Positions 12,088 through 23,625 of a stretch of DNA of 64,000 nucleotides are shown here, piece by piece. The stretch comes from Azolla caroliniana (taxonomy: Eukaryota; Plantae; Polypodiophyta). Within the stretch, counting starts at the first letter, position 1, and every line of letters starts with the position of its first letter. The notes under the pieces were generated by a model, which was given only the letters and a program-made list of their open reading frames with translations, was not told where the DNA came from and did no database searches. The position numbers were made by a program, and so were the translations under genes. The stretch lies in assembly GCA_043228905.1 (NCBI GenBank), contig JBHGNT010000002.1, positions 8,246,001 through 8,310,000 on the forward strand. The letters are read 5' to 3'.

Positions 12088-13572
12088 TGGGGACACCCAC
12101 CTGGCAGCCATGGCTAAGGCGGTCAACTCTAATGATGGGACAATGCAACTACCATGCATTGCCGACGGTGTACCTTTAACGACGGTAATCGACACCGGAG
12201 CATCACTCACCCTTTTCTCCTTTGAGACATGGGGACGTCTAGGTTGCCCAAACCTCGAAGCATGCAACGACAACTTCCGTGGCTTCAATGGTTCTACATC
12301 ATGCTGACTCAGAAACTTCGTGTGTAACATCAAGAAAAAATATAGCAACCACTCAATCCGAGTTCGGGTACTCCCACCGGAAGTGATGTACACCCAGTGC
12401 CTCCTCGGTTTGGATTGGTGTCACATAAGTGAATGCCTCATGTCATCAAGCAAGAACATCGTCTCCTTCCAAACGGCAAATGGGGTGAGGTCCAAGGAAC
12501 TCGTTGCGATAACACTCAAATCATGTCCCACTGATCTCGATGAACTCCAAAGCACGAAACCGCCTAACCAACAAGAACGTGCACAACCACCGACCATCCA
12601 CGACCAGAGCAACGCTAATATCAGAACACAAACACCCGCACCACGCAAATGGGTGAACAACCATGTGATTTTGGCTAAAGGATCACGCCGCGGAGAACGT
12701 GCTATTTGGTGAGTCAGAAAAGCATTCACAAATGCCCAAGGTTGGCACAAAGGCGCCACTAGCTTCTGGGTTCCGAAACGAAGCCAACTTCCCACCCGTG
12801 ACTGTACCACGACTACATGGGACACCCGACAACTGCGCACATCGGTCAAATACCCCGCCCAGGTTAAGGCCTTAGAGCTCGACCAGACTAAATAGCTAGG
12901 AGGTCGAATGTCCCATAAAAATACTTCACAGGCTCCCCTCATCCCTTTGACAACGACGTCTCGGATCTGGGTCCTTAAAAACATACATCGACCCTCAAAC
13001 AACACTCGAACAACACACCCCCTACACCCACCCCCTAAAGTTCTCCCAAAAACTCCTAAATTCCCCAAACACTCACGAAACCCCCGGCGGACCCCCATCC
13101 AACTCTACTGTCTGCATATAAACCTTGACCCACCCCACACTCTTTTAAACTCACCTCCTACCTTATGTCATCCCGATCATCAACTACTCGACCCGTCTCC
13201 TCCCTCAGCCTCTGTTACTGCGCCTTCGGTCTACGTATTAGTACTCCCGATCTTCGCGTTACCCCTTATTTTTTAGGGCACTTGCGGTCGATTTATTTTT
13301 ACTTGTGGTTGCTCTATTTTTTGTTCAGCTCATTCTTTTTCGTATTACGTCACATGGTAGCCGCAGTTTCTCTTTTTCTCACCACCTTTGTTTTTGGTTT
13401 TGCTCATTTTTTTGGTAGCCTCGGTTTGTCTTTTGCTTTTGTTTTGTTTTGTTTTCTGATTGGTTGTTTTTTATGGTAGCCTCGGTTTGTGCTTTTTCTT
13501 TCCTTTTGTTTTGTTGTTCTTTTCTCCCCACTTTTGTTTCCCTTTGTGCTTTTTCTTTCCTTTTGTTTTGTT
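12088..13572 (+). pseudogene. Remnant of another retroelement: retropepsin-type protease followed by a Pro/Thr-rich region and T-rich repeats
   Basis: TVIDTGASLTL, FRGFNGS and CLLGLDWC match aspartic protease motifs. No RT follows. TTGGTAGCCTCGGTTTGT-type repeats at 13410-13570 continue to ~23625 across the Gypsy insertion. Confidence 0.6.
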
Positions 13573-13943
13573 TGTTGGCCGGTCAGAAGAGCAAGGACAA
13601 GTGGGAAGGCGGAGTCGGATCGGATAATAGGAAGTAAATAGTAGTAGAATTATTATTCGGAGGGACGGATCCGGACCGATTCGGATGTCGGTTGCCTAAG
13701 CGCACCGATTGTAACCTTGCCGGGTGCCTATAAAAGGATCCGATGATTTGTAAAGGGTTTGACGGAAGTAATACAATAGTAATTATTGCGTGTTTATCTG
13801 TATCTTTGTATTGTTTACCGTCTGTGCTTAATTGTAATCATCTTACGCGTGTAACCTAGCATCCAATCCTTACCACCCCTTTGGAGAAGTGTCGGATAGA
13901 CACCTGTGTTGAGGCTAGTCCGGCCAGGCATACAACACTATTT

Positions 13944-13956
13944 TGGCGACCACGAT
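13944..13956 (+). promoter_or_regulatory. PBS TGGCGACCACGAT (complementary to a tRNA-Arg 3' end, probably the CCG isoacceptor)
   Basis: 6 nt downstream of the 5' LTR. The isoacceptor is assigned from recalled plant tRNA-Arg sequence. Confidence 0.75.
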
Positions 13957-13989
13957 TCCTGCAAAGTGCAGAGGACAACCGGGGGATGG

Positions 13990-16900
13990 ATGTCTAGACC
14001 AAACGACGACCACATCACCGAACGAGGGAGACGATACACCGAACGCGAGCAACGACGGGAAGCCCTGCAGCAAGCCGTCGACGAGATCCGGCGGGATCGG
14101 TCATTCTCCAAAACTCTTCGGAGAGTCGCAGAAGAAGCACTGCAGTTCCGGATTCTGCAAATCCCCGATGAAGGCAGTAGCATAACAAGCCTGCAAGAGG
14201 CGGAAACGATACTACAGACGCTCGCCGGGGGCGACGGGGACTCGGAAGCATTCGCAACACTTGAGGCGGAGTCGGAAAGCGACGGAAGCGTTGCGTCCCG
14301 GTATAAAAGCAGCCACGACACACCAAACGACCGGCCCGGGGAAGAGGGGTCAGAAGACTCAGTAACACCGGAGCCAGAGGAAGAAATAACCTTGGAGTTC
14401 GGTGACCGGCAATCGCCGAGGGAGGCTGACGGGATACCGACAACACCCGCGAAGGAACCGAAGGAGCGGATACCGACAACACCCGCGGAGGAACCAAAGG
14501 ACCGGACACCGGCAACACCCGCGGAGGAACTGAAGGAGCGGATACCGGCACCAACCGCGGAGGAACCAAAGGTTCTCACACCGACGCCAACAACGGACAG
14601 AGAGCGGAGAAGGCAGGAGAGTCAGTTGGACGACACGATGCCGTACCCATACCCAAAGTACCGGGATGAGCCCGCCACGGAGGCACACGTGTACGCATTC
14701 CTCCAAACATGGGAAGCCAACCATGTCTCCCAAAGACTGACGGAGCCTGAAGCCGAACGATCCAAAGTCGCCGAATTCGGCATGACCTTAGAAGGACCGG
14801 CGGCCCGATGGCACGCAAAGCACTTACCGGGCAGCTTTGCCACATTCGATGCCTTAAAGGCCAGATTCCTCAGGCTTTTTCACAGACAAGTTGAGCAAAG
14901 GGAATTGGTCGGGCAGTTCTACACCACCCGGTAGGAAGAGAACGAGATTGTGCCACAATTCATCATTCGGTTTCAGACCCTGCACAGCCAACTGACGAGA
15001 GCACCACCCGAAGACGAAGCCAAAGCAGTCTTTTTGGCCGCGCTGAAAGAGCCACTTCGAACAATGTGCGGAGTCCTTGATTTCCACACCAGCACAATGG
15101 ACCAAGTTATTGATCGGGTCTTAAAAATGGACAAGACTAGTTCCTTCTTGTCGATGGGGATGTTACACCGGGCACTCCCAAAGGAGGAAGACCTGAGGTT
15201 CCGACAGGCCTTACAATGCACAACATGCCTAAATTCGGGCCACTCAACAGTAGACTGCACCCTCCGGACACAATGTATGATCTGCAACTCTCGAGCCCAT
15301 ACAACGGACCGATGCGAATATAACCTGTTAAATCGGCAAGCAGCACCAGTTCGACACATAGAACCGCGCAATCAGAACCCGGATGAGGATCGATTCCGGA
15401 GAGACGACCGCTACCAACGCGAACGCGGTAACAGATACGCTGATAGAAGACGCGATAACTATGACCGAGAGGAGAAACGCAGAGATAGCTACCCCCGGGA
15501 CCGGTACGACCGAGACGAATCCCCGGAATACGAACGACGCAGAGAAGAGAGGCGACAAGGGAACCGAAATTTCCAACGGAATCAGAAGCGTGGATTTTTC
15601 CTAAGAGAGGAACGTCGGGAGGCAGCGAGGAATGACAACCCGGTATCGGTACCGGATAACCAAAAAACCGAAGACGACCGCCGAAGCATACCCACCCTCC
15701 AAACCGGGGACAAAGGAGAAACGAGCAACAGTCACAAGGTGTACTGTTATTACTGCCGTAAGGAAGGCCATTATAGTAACCAATGCCCAAGCAAAACCAA
15801 TGACAAGCAGCCGGCAGTCAACATGGTTACAGCCGAAATAACAAAAGTACAGCAGGTCACAACCCGGTCAAAGGGAAAGACCGCCGAGTGGGAAGCCCAG
15901 GAGGCAATCAGAAAACAACTGGCGCAATGGGTCAAGGAGGCCAATGAACAGAATGCGGCAGAAGTAAGAGACCAAAATATGCCAAAAGACGAAGAAATCA
16001 TCCAGCCAGGAGAAAACCCGACGTGGCAAGCGCTACAGGACTCTCAAATCGTGTTGTCGTTAGCATGGCTACTACAGTTGGTGCCACGGTTTACGGCAGA
16101 CTTACAGGCATCCATGAGCAAACCGAAGCCAACGCCAGCACCGGCATTCTTCTCCAATCCGGAGGAAGGACCAGCGGTGGTCGATAGAAGCAGCCCGGCG
16201 ATCACGGCAATCGTGAAAGGAAAGGAAATTGCTGGAACGATTATTGACGGAGGCTCCGGGGTAAATGTCATCAGCCGACAGACATGCGAGAACCTGGGCA
16301 TCCGGGAATGGGAACCATGCCCCTTCTGGTTACGCATGGCGGATACCAGCTCAGTCCGACCGACCGGGCTTATCCGGGATTTGGAAGTAACGATCGGAGG
16401 CCACGTATTCCGGATATCGGCCGTAGTGCTACAGCTGAATGTACAAGGCGCGTACCCCCTACTGCTAGGACGACCATGGCTGCGAACGGCGCATATCAAG
16501 CAGAATTGGCAAAAGAACATGATCACATTCCGGCGAGGGAAAATAAAGGTACGAGTAACGACGCAACCACGGGTGATCACCAGTAAGGAAGCAACTCCAT
16601 TGTATGCGGAAAGCATCAACATGTTGGAGGGATTACCGGACGAGGAAGTCGAGCGGTACCTCGAGGAACACCCACGAATAGTCCCACTATTTGAGGTGGA
16701 TATCACGGCGGCAGTAGAACCGTACATTACGATGCCGGATGAACCGGACCAAGCAGCGATCCGGGAACTGCGACAAGCACAGGAATCCCTAGAGAGGGAA
16801 ATGACGATATCCCAGAGGGTAAAAGCATCCCAACTAGAGGAGGTGGACCTCGGCACAACAGACAAGCCCCGACCGGTAAATGTCGCAAAGGAATTGCCGA

Positions 16901-19808
16901 AGGAAGAAAAGAAGGCAATGGTAGCATTATTAATAGACTTCAAGGATGTGTTCGCGTGGTCGTACGAAGACATGCGAGGGCTGGACCCCCAGCTCTATCA
17001 GCACCAAATTCACCTAAGTACGGACGCGAAACCGATCGCTCAACGCAGGTACCGGATGAATCCGAATTATGCGGCGAAGGTGAAGGAGGAAATTGATAAG
17101 CTCCTCCGGGTCGGATTTATCCGACCGGTCAAGCAGGCAACTTGGCTGAGTCCGATAGTGGTGGTCCCGAAAAAGAACGGCAAAATCCGGGTATGCGTGG
17201 ACTATTGCAAACTAAATGCCGCAACAGTGACCGATGCGTTTCCACTACCATTTACGGATGGGGTGTTAGATGCGGTAGCCGGCCACGAAGTTTACAGCTT
17301 CCTGGATGGATTTAGCGGCTACAACCAAATACGAATGAACCCGGCCGACCAGGAGAAGACAGCGTTCGTTACGGAATGGGGAGTGTTCGTCGCAGTCGTG
17401 ATGATGTTCGGACTAAAGACGGCTCCAGCGACCTTTCAAAGGATAATAATGGAAATTTTTGGGGAATATATCCCCGGTTTTATGCAGGTCTTCCTTGACG
17501 ATTTCGCGGTCTACAGCCGGCACGAAGAGCATCTCGATCACCTCCGGCTGTGCTTGGAGAAGTGCCGCGAGTACCGGTTGAGTCTGAACCCGGCCAAGTG
17601 TGTCTTTGGAGTGGCAAGCGGCAACTTACTAGGGCACCCGCACCAAATAACGCGGTAGATCCGGATAAAGTCAAGGCGATTCTCGAGGCACCCGCACCAA
17701 ATAACGCAAAGGCTTTAAGCCGGTTCCTGGGCCAAATAAGGTGGCATAGCCGGATGATACGGCACCTCGCAGACTTTGCTACACCATTACATACCGCCGT
17801 ACACAGGGTACCCTTCCTATGGGCGGAGACGGAGGAGGAAGCCTACCAAGCGTTGAAGGTTATGCTGTCGCAAGCTCCGGTGGTGCAACCGCCGGATTGG
17901 GGTAAAAGCTTTCACGTCTTCGTCGACGCGTCGGACGTAGCAATCGGCAACGTTCTGATGCAACTCACGGAGCCGAAATGGTACCGACCGGTGTACTACG
18001 CAAGCCGGAAACTCTCAAAAGCCGAACGGAACTACTCCACGACGGAACGCGAGGCATTGGTAATGGTGTATAGTGTCACAAAGTACAGGCACTATCTGCT
18101 CGGAAGGAAGTTTTCCTTCCATGTCGACCATTCGGCACTACTCTACCTGGTCTCGAAGGCATCCTTGACGGGAAAAATTGCACGATGGACACTGCTGTTA
18201 CAGGAATTTGAATTCGACATTTTCCACCGACCCGGGGCGCAGCATGCGGTAGCGGACTACCTAAGCAGACTCAAATCCGGAGAAGCAGGGGACGGCGTCC
18301 AGGATGAGTTCCCCAACGCCGAGTTGTTCCGGATCACGACAAAACCGGCAACGGATGCAACGGTAGCCGATGAAGACACGTGGCTAACTGAGATGCATCA
18401 GTTCCTGAGCACCGGAGTACCCCCGGAGAACATGGACCGCGATGAAAGGAAAAGGGTAGCAGTAAGAAGCAGACATTTCTGCTTGGTTGGAGACACCCTC
18501 TATCACAAGGGGGCAGATTGCATCTGGAGACGAGCAGTGCGGAGCGATGAGAAGGATTTAATCCTCAGGGAAGTCCACTGTGGAATTGCTGGCGGGCATT
18601 ATGCCGGCGGGCATTATGCCGGCGACGCAACCGCTCGGAAAATATGGCAGAGAGGACTGTGGTGGCCCACCACCCTAAAAGATGCCGTGAAGTATAGCAG
18701 AGAATGCGATTTGTGTCAACGGCTGGGCCAACCCACGGAGCAGGCCCGGATGCCACACCACCCGGTTTTGCCTTTGGAACCGTTTCAAAAGTGGGGTTTG
18801 GACTTTGTCGGTCCCTTCAAGCCACCGGCAATGCGAACCGGAAATCGGTATGTCATAGTGGCGACCGACTATTGCACCAATTGGGTAGAAGCAAAGGCCT
18901 TACTGGACAACACGGCCGCGTCCACGACAAAGTTTCTGTACGAGTGCATATGGTGCCGGTATGGATGCCCGATCAAGCTTATAAGTGACCAAGGAGGACA
19001 TTTTCTGGGGCAGGTAGTAGAAAGCCTGACGTCATTTTACGTGGTGGTACATAAAAGGAGTACTCCCTACTACCCTCAAGCCAATGGACTAGCGGAATCA
19101 ACGAACAAAACTCTGCAGAACATCCTACGAAAAATCGTCAACGAGAACCGGACCGACTGGGATACGAAATTGCAAAGCGCGCTATGGGCGTACCGAACAA
19201 CGTATAAAACCAGCATCCGGAGAACCCCGTTCCGACTAGCATTCGGTTTAGAAGCGGTCATGCCGGTAGAGTTCCAGATCCCCAGCTTACGGATCCAGGT
19301 AAAGGAGCGCTTAAGTGAGAAGGAGTCCGAACGAATCCGGCTGGCGACGTTGTTGGAATTAGAAGAAAACCGAATAGCCAGCTTACTACAACTCGAACTG
19401 GAGCAAAGGAGGAGAAAAACTTTCGTGGACCGACACCGGCATGGCAACGAAAAGGAGTTCGAAGTCGGGAAACCGGTGCTACTATTCCAGACACGGATGG
19501 GGAACATGCCGGGAAAGTTGCGGTTTCGGTGGACCGGACCGTTCTGGATCACCAAGGAGTACAATGGGTCGTATCAGCTCGGCACGTTGTCTGGAGATGT
19601 CATCGGTAAGTGGGCAAATGGGTTTCGGCTAAAGCCGTATAAGGGAAATATGCCAGCCAACCCGTTCAAGCAAAACCCGAAAATCCGGCAAGATGAGGAA
19701 CCGACACCGATAGACGCTGCCGAAGATATCCGGACCGAGAAAGAACCGACACCGATACTACCAAAGACTATCCCGGAAAACCGACAAAAGGATCCGGTAT
19801 TAGTGTGA
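13990..19808 (+). pseudogene. gag-pol (Gag, Zn knuckles, PR, RT, RNase H, INT) with one in-frame stop (14932) and one frameshift (~17640)
   Basis: CYYCRKEGHYSNQC, IIDGGSGVNVI, FLDGFSGYNQI, VFLDDFAVY, FVDASDVAIG, NYSTTERE, HCGIAGGHY..CDLC, WGLDFVGP, PYYPQANGLAE, GKLRFRWTGPF. No chromodomain. Confidence 0.93.
14434..14580 (+). repeat. 36-bp tandem repeat (~4 copies) encoding IPTTPAEEPKER-like units in the Gag N-terminus
   Basis: ATACCGACAACACCCGCG(G/A)AGGAACC(G/A)AAGGA(G/C)CGG repeated. Confidence 0.85.
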
Positions 19809-20246
19809 ACCGACCCGAACAAATCGGGGGGGACCAGAAAATGACGTGGTCCAAACAAAGAAAAAAAAAAAAGACGTGGGCAAAATCGACGCGAATCATA
19901 GTAGTGATGGGGAGATCACAAGAGGTGGGAGCGCCACCATGCAACGAAGAGGCGCCATGCAGTAAAGAAGGACGTGCGCGTACTTGCTATTTAAAGCAGG
20001 GAACGTGGGCACTCACACGCGGCAAGCAAGAAGGACATACTAATTATGGCGGGAGATGAACATGCGCGGGAAACGAAAGAGGGCGGCTCGAGGCAAAAGC
20101 CACTATATAAGACACAGGCCTGCGAAGGACTTAATTTTTACGAATTTTCCTACACACAGGCGCAGAAGCACAGAGGAGCGATCCGACGCACAGCGCACAC
20201 ACAGCCTGATCCCGAACAACAGACAACAGAAGAAGATTTCGAAACA

Positions 20247-23168
20247 ATGGTACTGTCGGAGGAGGCACGCCAATGGATGAGGGAGAACGGGTTAAAAGGA
20301 TTGTTGCGGATCGCCGACGCTCCACCACACGCAGAACCAGAGCAGGCGGCAGCATCGATTGATTTATCAGAAATCACGGAAGGAGCGGTGCAGGCGCTCA
20401 CGGGGATAAAAGCAGGAGGACTTCAAACAATCGAAAACCCTTCAAGTGAAATCCTGTTCGAGTATTTCGGTGAGTATTCTATCAGCAGCAAGGCGTACCG
20501 AACACAGGGCGGAGAGAACCTGTTGTTCGGAGAAGTGGCCCGCGCCATGATGGAATACGGATTTGTGAATCCTCGTCCCCCGGCCATAGCCAGGTACCGG
20601 GCAGCGTTCTTAATTGCAGCGTACGAAGGATTACAAGTGGACTGGCACCATTTCATAACAGAAGGATTGAAGGAGGCCATCAAGAATCTTGTGGAAGGAA
20701 AAAAGCCATGGGCCGGGATAGCACAATGGCTAACGGTTTTAGTCCCACCGGTGCTCCCCATCAAACAAAAGAAAAGAGGTCGGCAGGAGACGACGCCAAA
20801 AAAGATCACAAAGCGCCGACAGATCCTGGAGAAACACACCCTCGGATAGACCCAACAAGAAGCAGAACAGCGGGGGGAAGGACCATCCCGACAGCAACAG
20901 GAACCGGCAACAAAGGCAAAACTGGCAGGAAAAGGCAAAGGGAAATCAGCCGAGGAGGAACCGGTAGCGCTCAAACCAATCAATATAACGCTGCGACGGC
21001 CGGAACCGGAACCAGAGGTCTTTATACAAAAGGTCTGTCTGGTAGCCGCACCGGAGGAGGAAGCTGAAACAGAAGACTCATCCGAACCACTAGTAAGACT
21101 CCCAGCAAGACAAGGTCGGGAGAGACGGGCGAAAGGACCGGCCCCACCACTTGACAAAACTCAGCAGAGGGCGAAAGGACCACCTCCAGTAGCCGAGGCG
21201 GAAGCAGTACCGGAACCCGTACCAAGGGAAGCAGCACCGACACCGGTTTTGCCGGACTTCAGAGAACCGATCATCCTAGAGAAGAGGAATGAACAAGCGC
21301 TGGAGCCAGAGAAAAGGCCAGAAAAACAGCCTGAGTTAAGGAGTAGAAGTGAGCAAGGCCACCTCGACACATGAAGCACCAAGCCACAATGGCTGAGATG
21401 GCTTTCGGAGCAGTTATCGGGAGTAGCGGACCAGTTAGAGGAAGAAGAAACGTGTAGGCAACAGCTGACGCATACAACAACTCAGGAGTTGGTCGCGCTC
21501 CGAACACAGATCGAGGAAATGCAAGGGGAGCTGTTGCAGGCAAGGGAAGGAATTCAACAAGCACAAGTTGTCACCGAGCCGGTCGGGACAACAAGGAAGC
21601 AATCAGAACCGGAACCGGAACCGGTACCCTTGCAAACCGGCCCTGAGACCGAAAAAATAATAGAAACCTTACGAGAGGAGTTAAAAGCTTAGGAGGCATT
21701 AAGGGAAAAAGAAAGGGAGCAGCGGAAAGCGGTGGAGGACGACAGACGAAAAATGGAAGAAGGCCTCCGGAAAGGCCGAGCCACTAATGACCGACTGCAA
21801 GAAGAAAAAGAGAAGCTGCAAAAGGAGAAGGACCGACTGCGTCGACATGCCGAGCAGGAGATAGAACGACTGCAGGAAGAACTCCGACAACAGAAGGACC
21901 AGGACGACCGGTTAAGAGCTCAGGCAAACCGACGCCTAAAGCAGAAGATGGAGGACTTCGACCGTCTCTACCGAGATGACAAGCAGGCCGAGTTGGACAA
22001 CAAGAAACAGGCAGCAGACTACGACCGGCAAATAGAAAAGCTGAAAGAACAGCTCAAAGAGACCCGATTAGACCTGGCTAAGGCAATGGATGAGGTCAGT
22101 GCCAAAAAGGAAGCATTGTCGGCGGAAATAACCCAAGCAACGGAGAGAAGGAAGGAATTAGAGGCGCTAAGGCGGGAAAAGCTGGATCTGACTAAGATCA
22201 GGAATGAAGAAAAGGAAAGATCGACCTTCACGATCAACAAACTGCAAAGTACCTATGAAAAGCAGAAAGCGGATTACGAGGCCCAGGCTCAGATAATGGC
22301 TGACATTATAAAACGGGCAAGGAAGGAAAAGCAAGAAGCTTATGCGCATGCTAAGGCAGGGGTTGACCGGATCAAGCTCATCATGTCAGGTTGGAGTACC
22401 CGAGCTCAGGCAAGCATCAACGAAAGTACGGAAAAGCTATGGAAGGAGTGGTCACAACAGGCAGCCGAGCTGCAGACACTCCGAGCGGATGCCGAGAATC
22501 GGAGGAAGACCGGTGACAAGTTCTACAAGATGGATGAAGAAAGTATCTTCGCCATTCGGGAAGAATTGTCGGAGGATTTCTACGCTTTAGCGGAAGAACA
22601 TCTCAAAGAAATCCGAGGGTTGGTAGAGAGGTTGGATGACGGGCAGCTCGCAACTCAGTTGGAGTTGGAGAAATACGAGCAGGACCGGTTACGACAGGAA
22701 GCCAAGGAAAGAACGACGCCAATCACTATAAGTGAGGGAGAACGACCGGCTGAAGTTGAACCAACCGACACCGAACAACCCCGACAAGGAATACTCGAAG
22801 AAGAACTTCCGTTCGAAGGAAATCAAGAAGAGCAGGAGCAGACCGATGCCGGAGAAGAAGAAGAGCTGAGACCGGAAGACACCAGAGCCGGAGAGGAAGG
22901 CGTACCGAGCCGACCAGTCGACACCGGAGAAAGCGACACTGGTAACAGAACAGAGCCTGGAACGGAGGGAGAACAGGAAGAACCCGGACGAAGCGGTGAG
23001 GAAGCACCGGCACCACAGAATCAAGTAGAGCCGGAGCAGCAAATTTTTACGGAACAGCCAACCCAACCGGAGGTCGGAGACCAGGCAGGCAAGGAACAGG
23101 AATTGGAGGAAGAAGCACCACTTGACACCATCGAGCAAAGTGTGCTTGATATTTTGGAGGAAGAATGA
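20247..23168 (+). pseudogene. Extra ORF3 (~973 codons, single frame, a few in-frame stops): conserved N-terminal domain, long coiled coil, acidic tail
   Basis: ORF-track pieces 20046, 21489 and 21732 share one frame. Homologous to the 43213-47084 ORF (EYFGEYS, FGE.AR..MEY.FV, AYEG..DW, QAAEL..LRAD.ENRRK, FYKMDE, LDIL.EE). Confidence 0.8.
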
Positions 23169-23176
23169 GGCCGGGA

Positions 23177-23216
23177 GTGGATTCGAAGTGCAAGGCACTT
23201 TCCCACGGGCGTGCCA
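23177..23216 (+). other. tRNA-3'-end mimic / inverted PBS in the PPT position
   Basis: GTGGATTCGA-AGTGCAAGGCACTT-TCCCACGGGCGTGCCA ends 2 nt before the 3' LTR. The minus strand reads TGGCACGCCCGTGGGA. Confidence 0.75.
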
Positions 23217-23625
23217 TGTGTTGGCCGGTCAGAAGAGCAAGGACAAGTGGGAAGGCGGAGTCGGATCGGATAATAGGAAGTAAATAATAGTAGAATTATT
23301 ATTCGGAGGGACGGATCCGGTACAGTTGTACCGATCCAGATCCGGACCGATTCGGATGTCGGTTGCCTAAGCGCACCGATTGTAACCTTGTCGGGTGCCT
23401 ATAAAAGGATCTGATGATTTGTAAAGGGTTTGACGGAAGTAATACAATAGTAATTATTGCGTGTTTATCTGTATCTTTGTATTGTTTACCGTCTGTGCTT
23501 AATTGTAATCATCTTACACGTGTAACCTAGCATCCAATCCTTACCACCCCTTTGGAGAAGTGTCGGATAGACACCTGTGTTGAGGCTAGTCCGGCCAGGC
23601 ATACAACATTGTTGTTCTTTTCTCC

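Larger units (their letters stand above)
13573..23608 (+). mobile_element. Near-complete non-chromovirus Ty3/Gypsy LTR retrotransposon (Athila-like / basal non-chromovirus) with an extra 3' ORF
   Basis: LTRs TGTTGGCC...TACAACA at 13573-13937 and 23219-23608, differing mainly by a 25-bp indel. Perfect 5-bp TSD TTGTT at 13568-13572 and 23609-23613. PBS present. Confidence 0.95.

Noticed and set aside
20247-23168. Envelope (env) gene
   Set aside because: No evident signal peptide or transmembrane segment; the protein is dominated by coiled-coil and charged sequence.
23156-23170. GGAGGAAGAATGAGG as the PPT of the Gypsy element
   Set aside because: It lies ~50 nt from the LTR, is explained by the Glu codons ending ORF3, and the equivalent lies ~100 nt away in the relative.
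13938-23198. Numerous antisense and alternate-frame ORFs over the Gypsy element
   Set aside because: Shadow frames of GC-rich gag-pol and ORF3 with no recognisable motifs.
23177-23216. Genuine tRNA gene
   Set aside because: Only the T-arm and 3' acceptor strand are present, the CCA is encoded, there is an insertion in the T-loop, and there is no D or anticodon arm.
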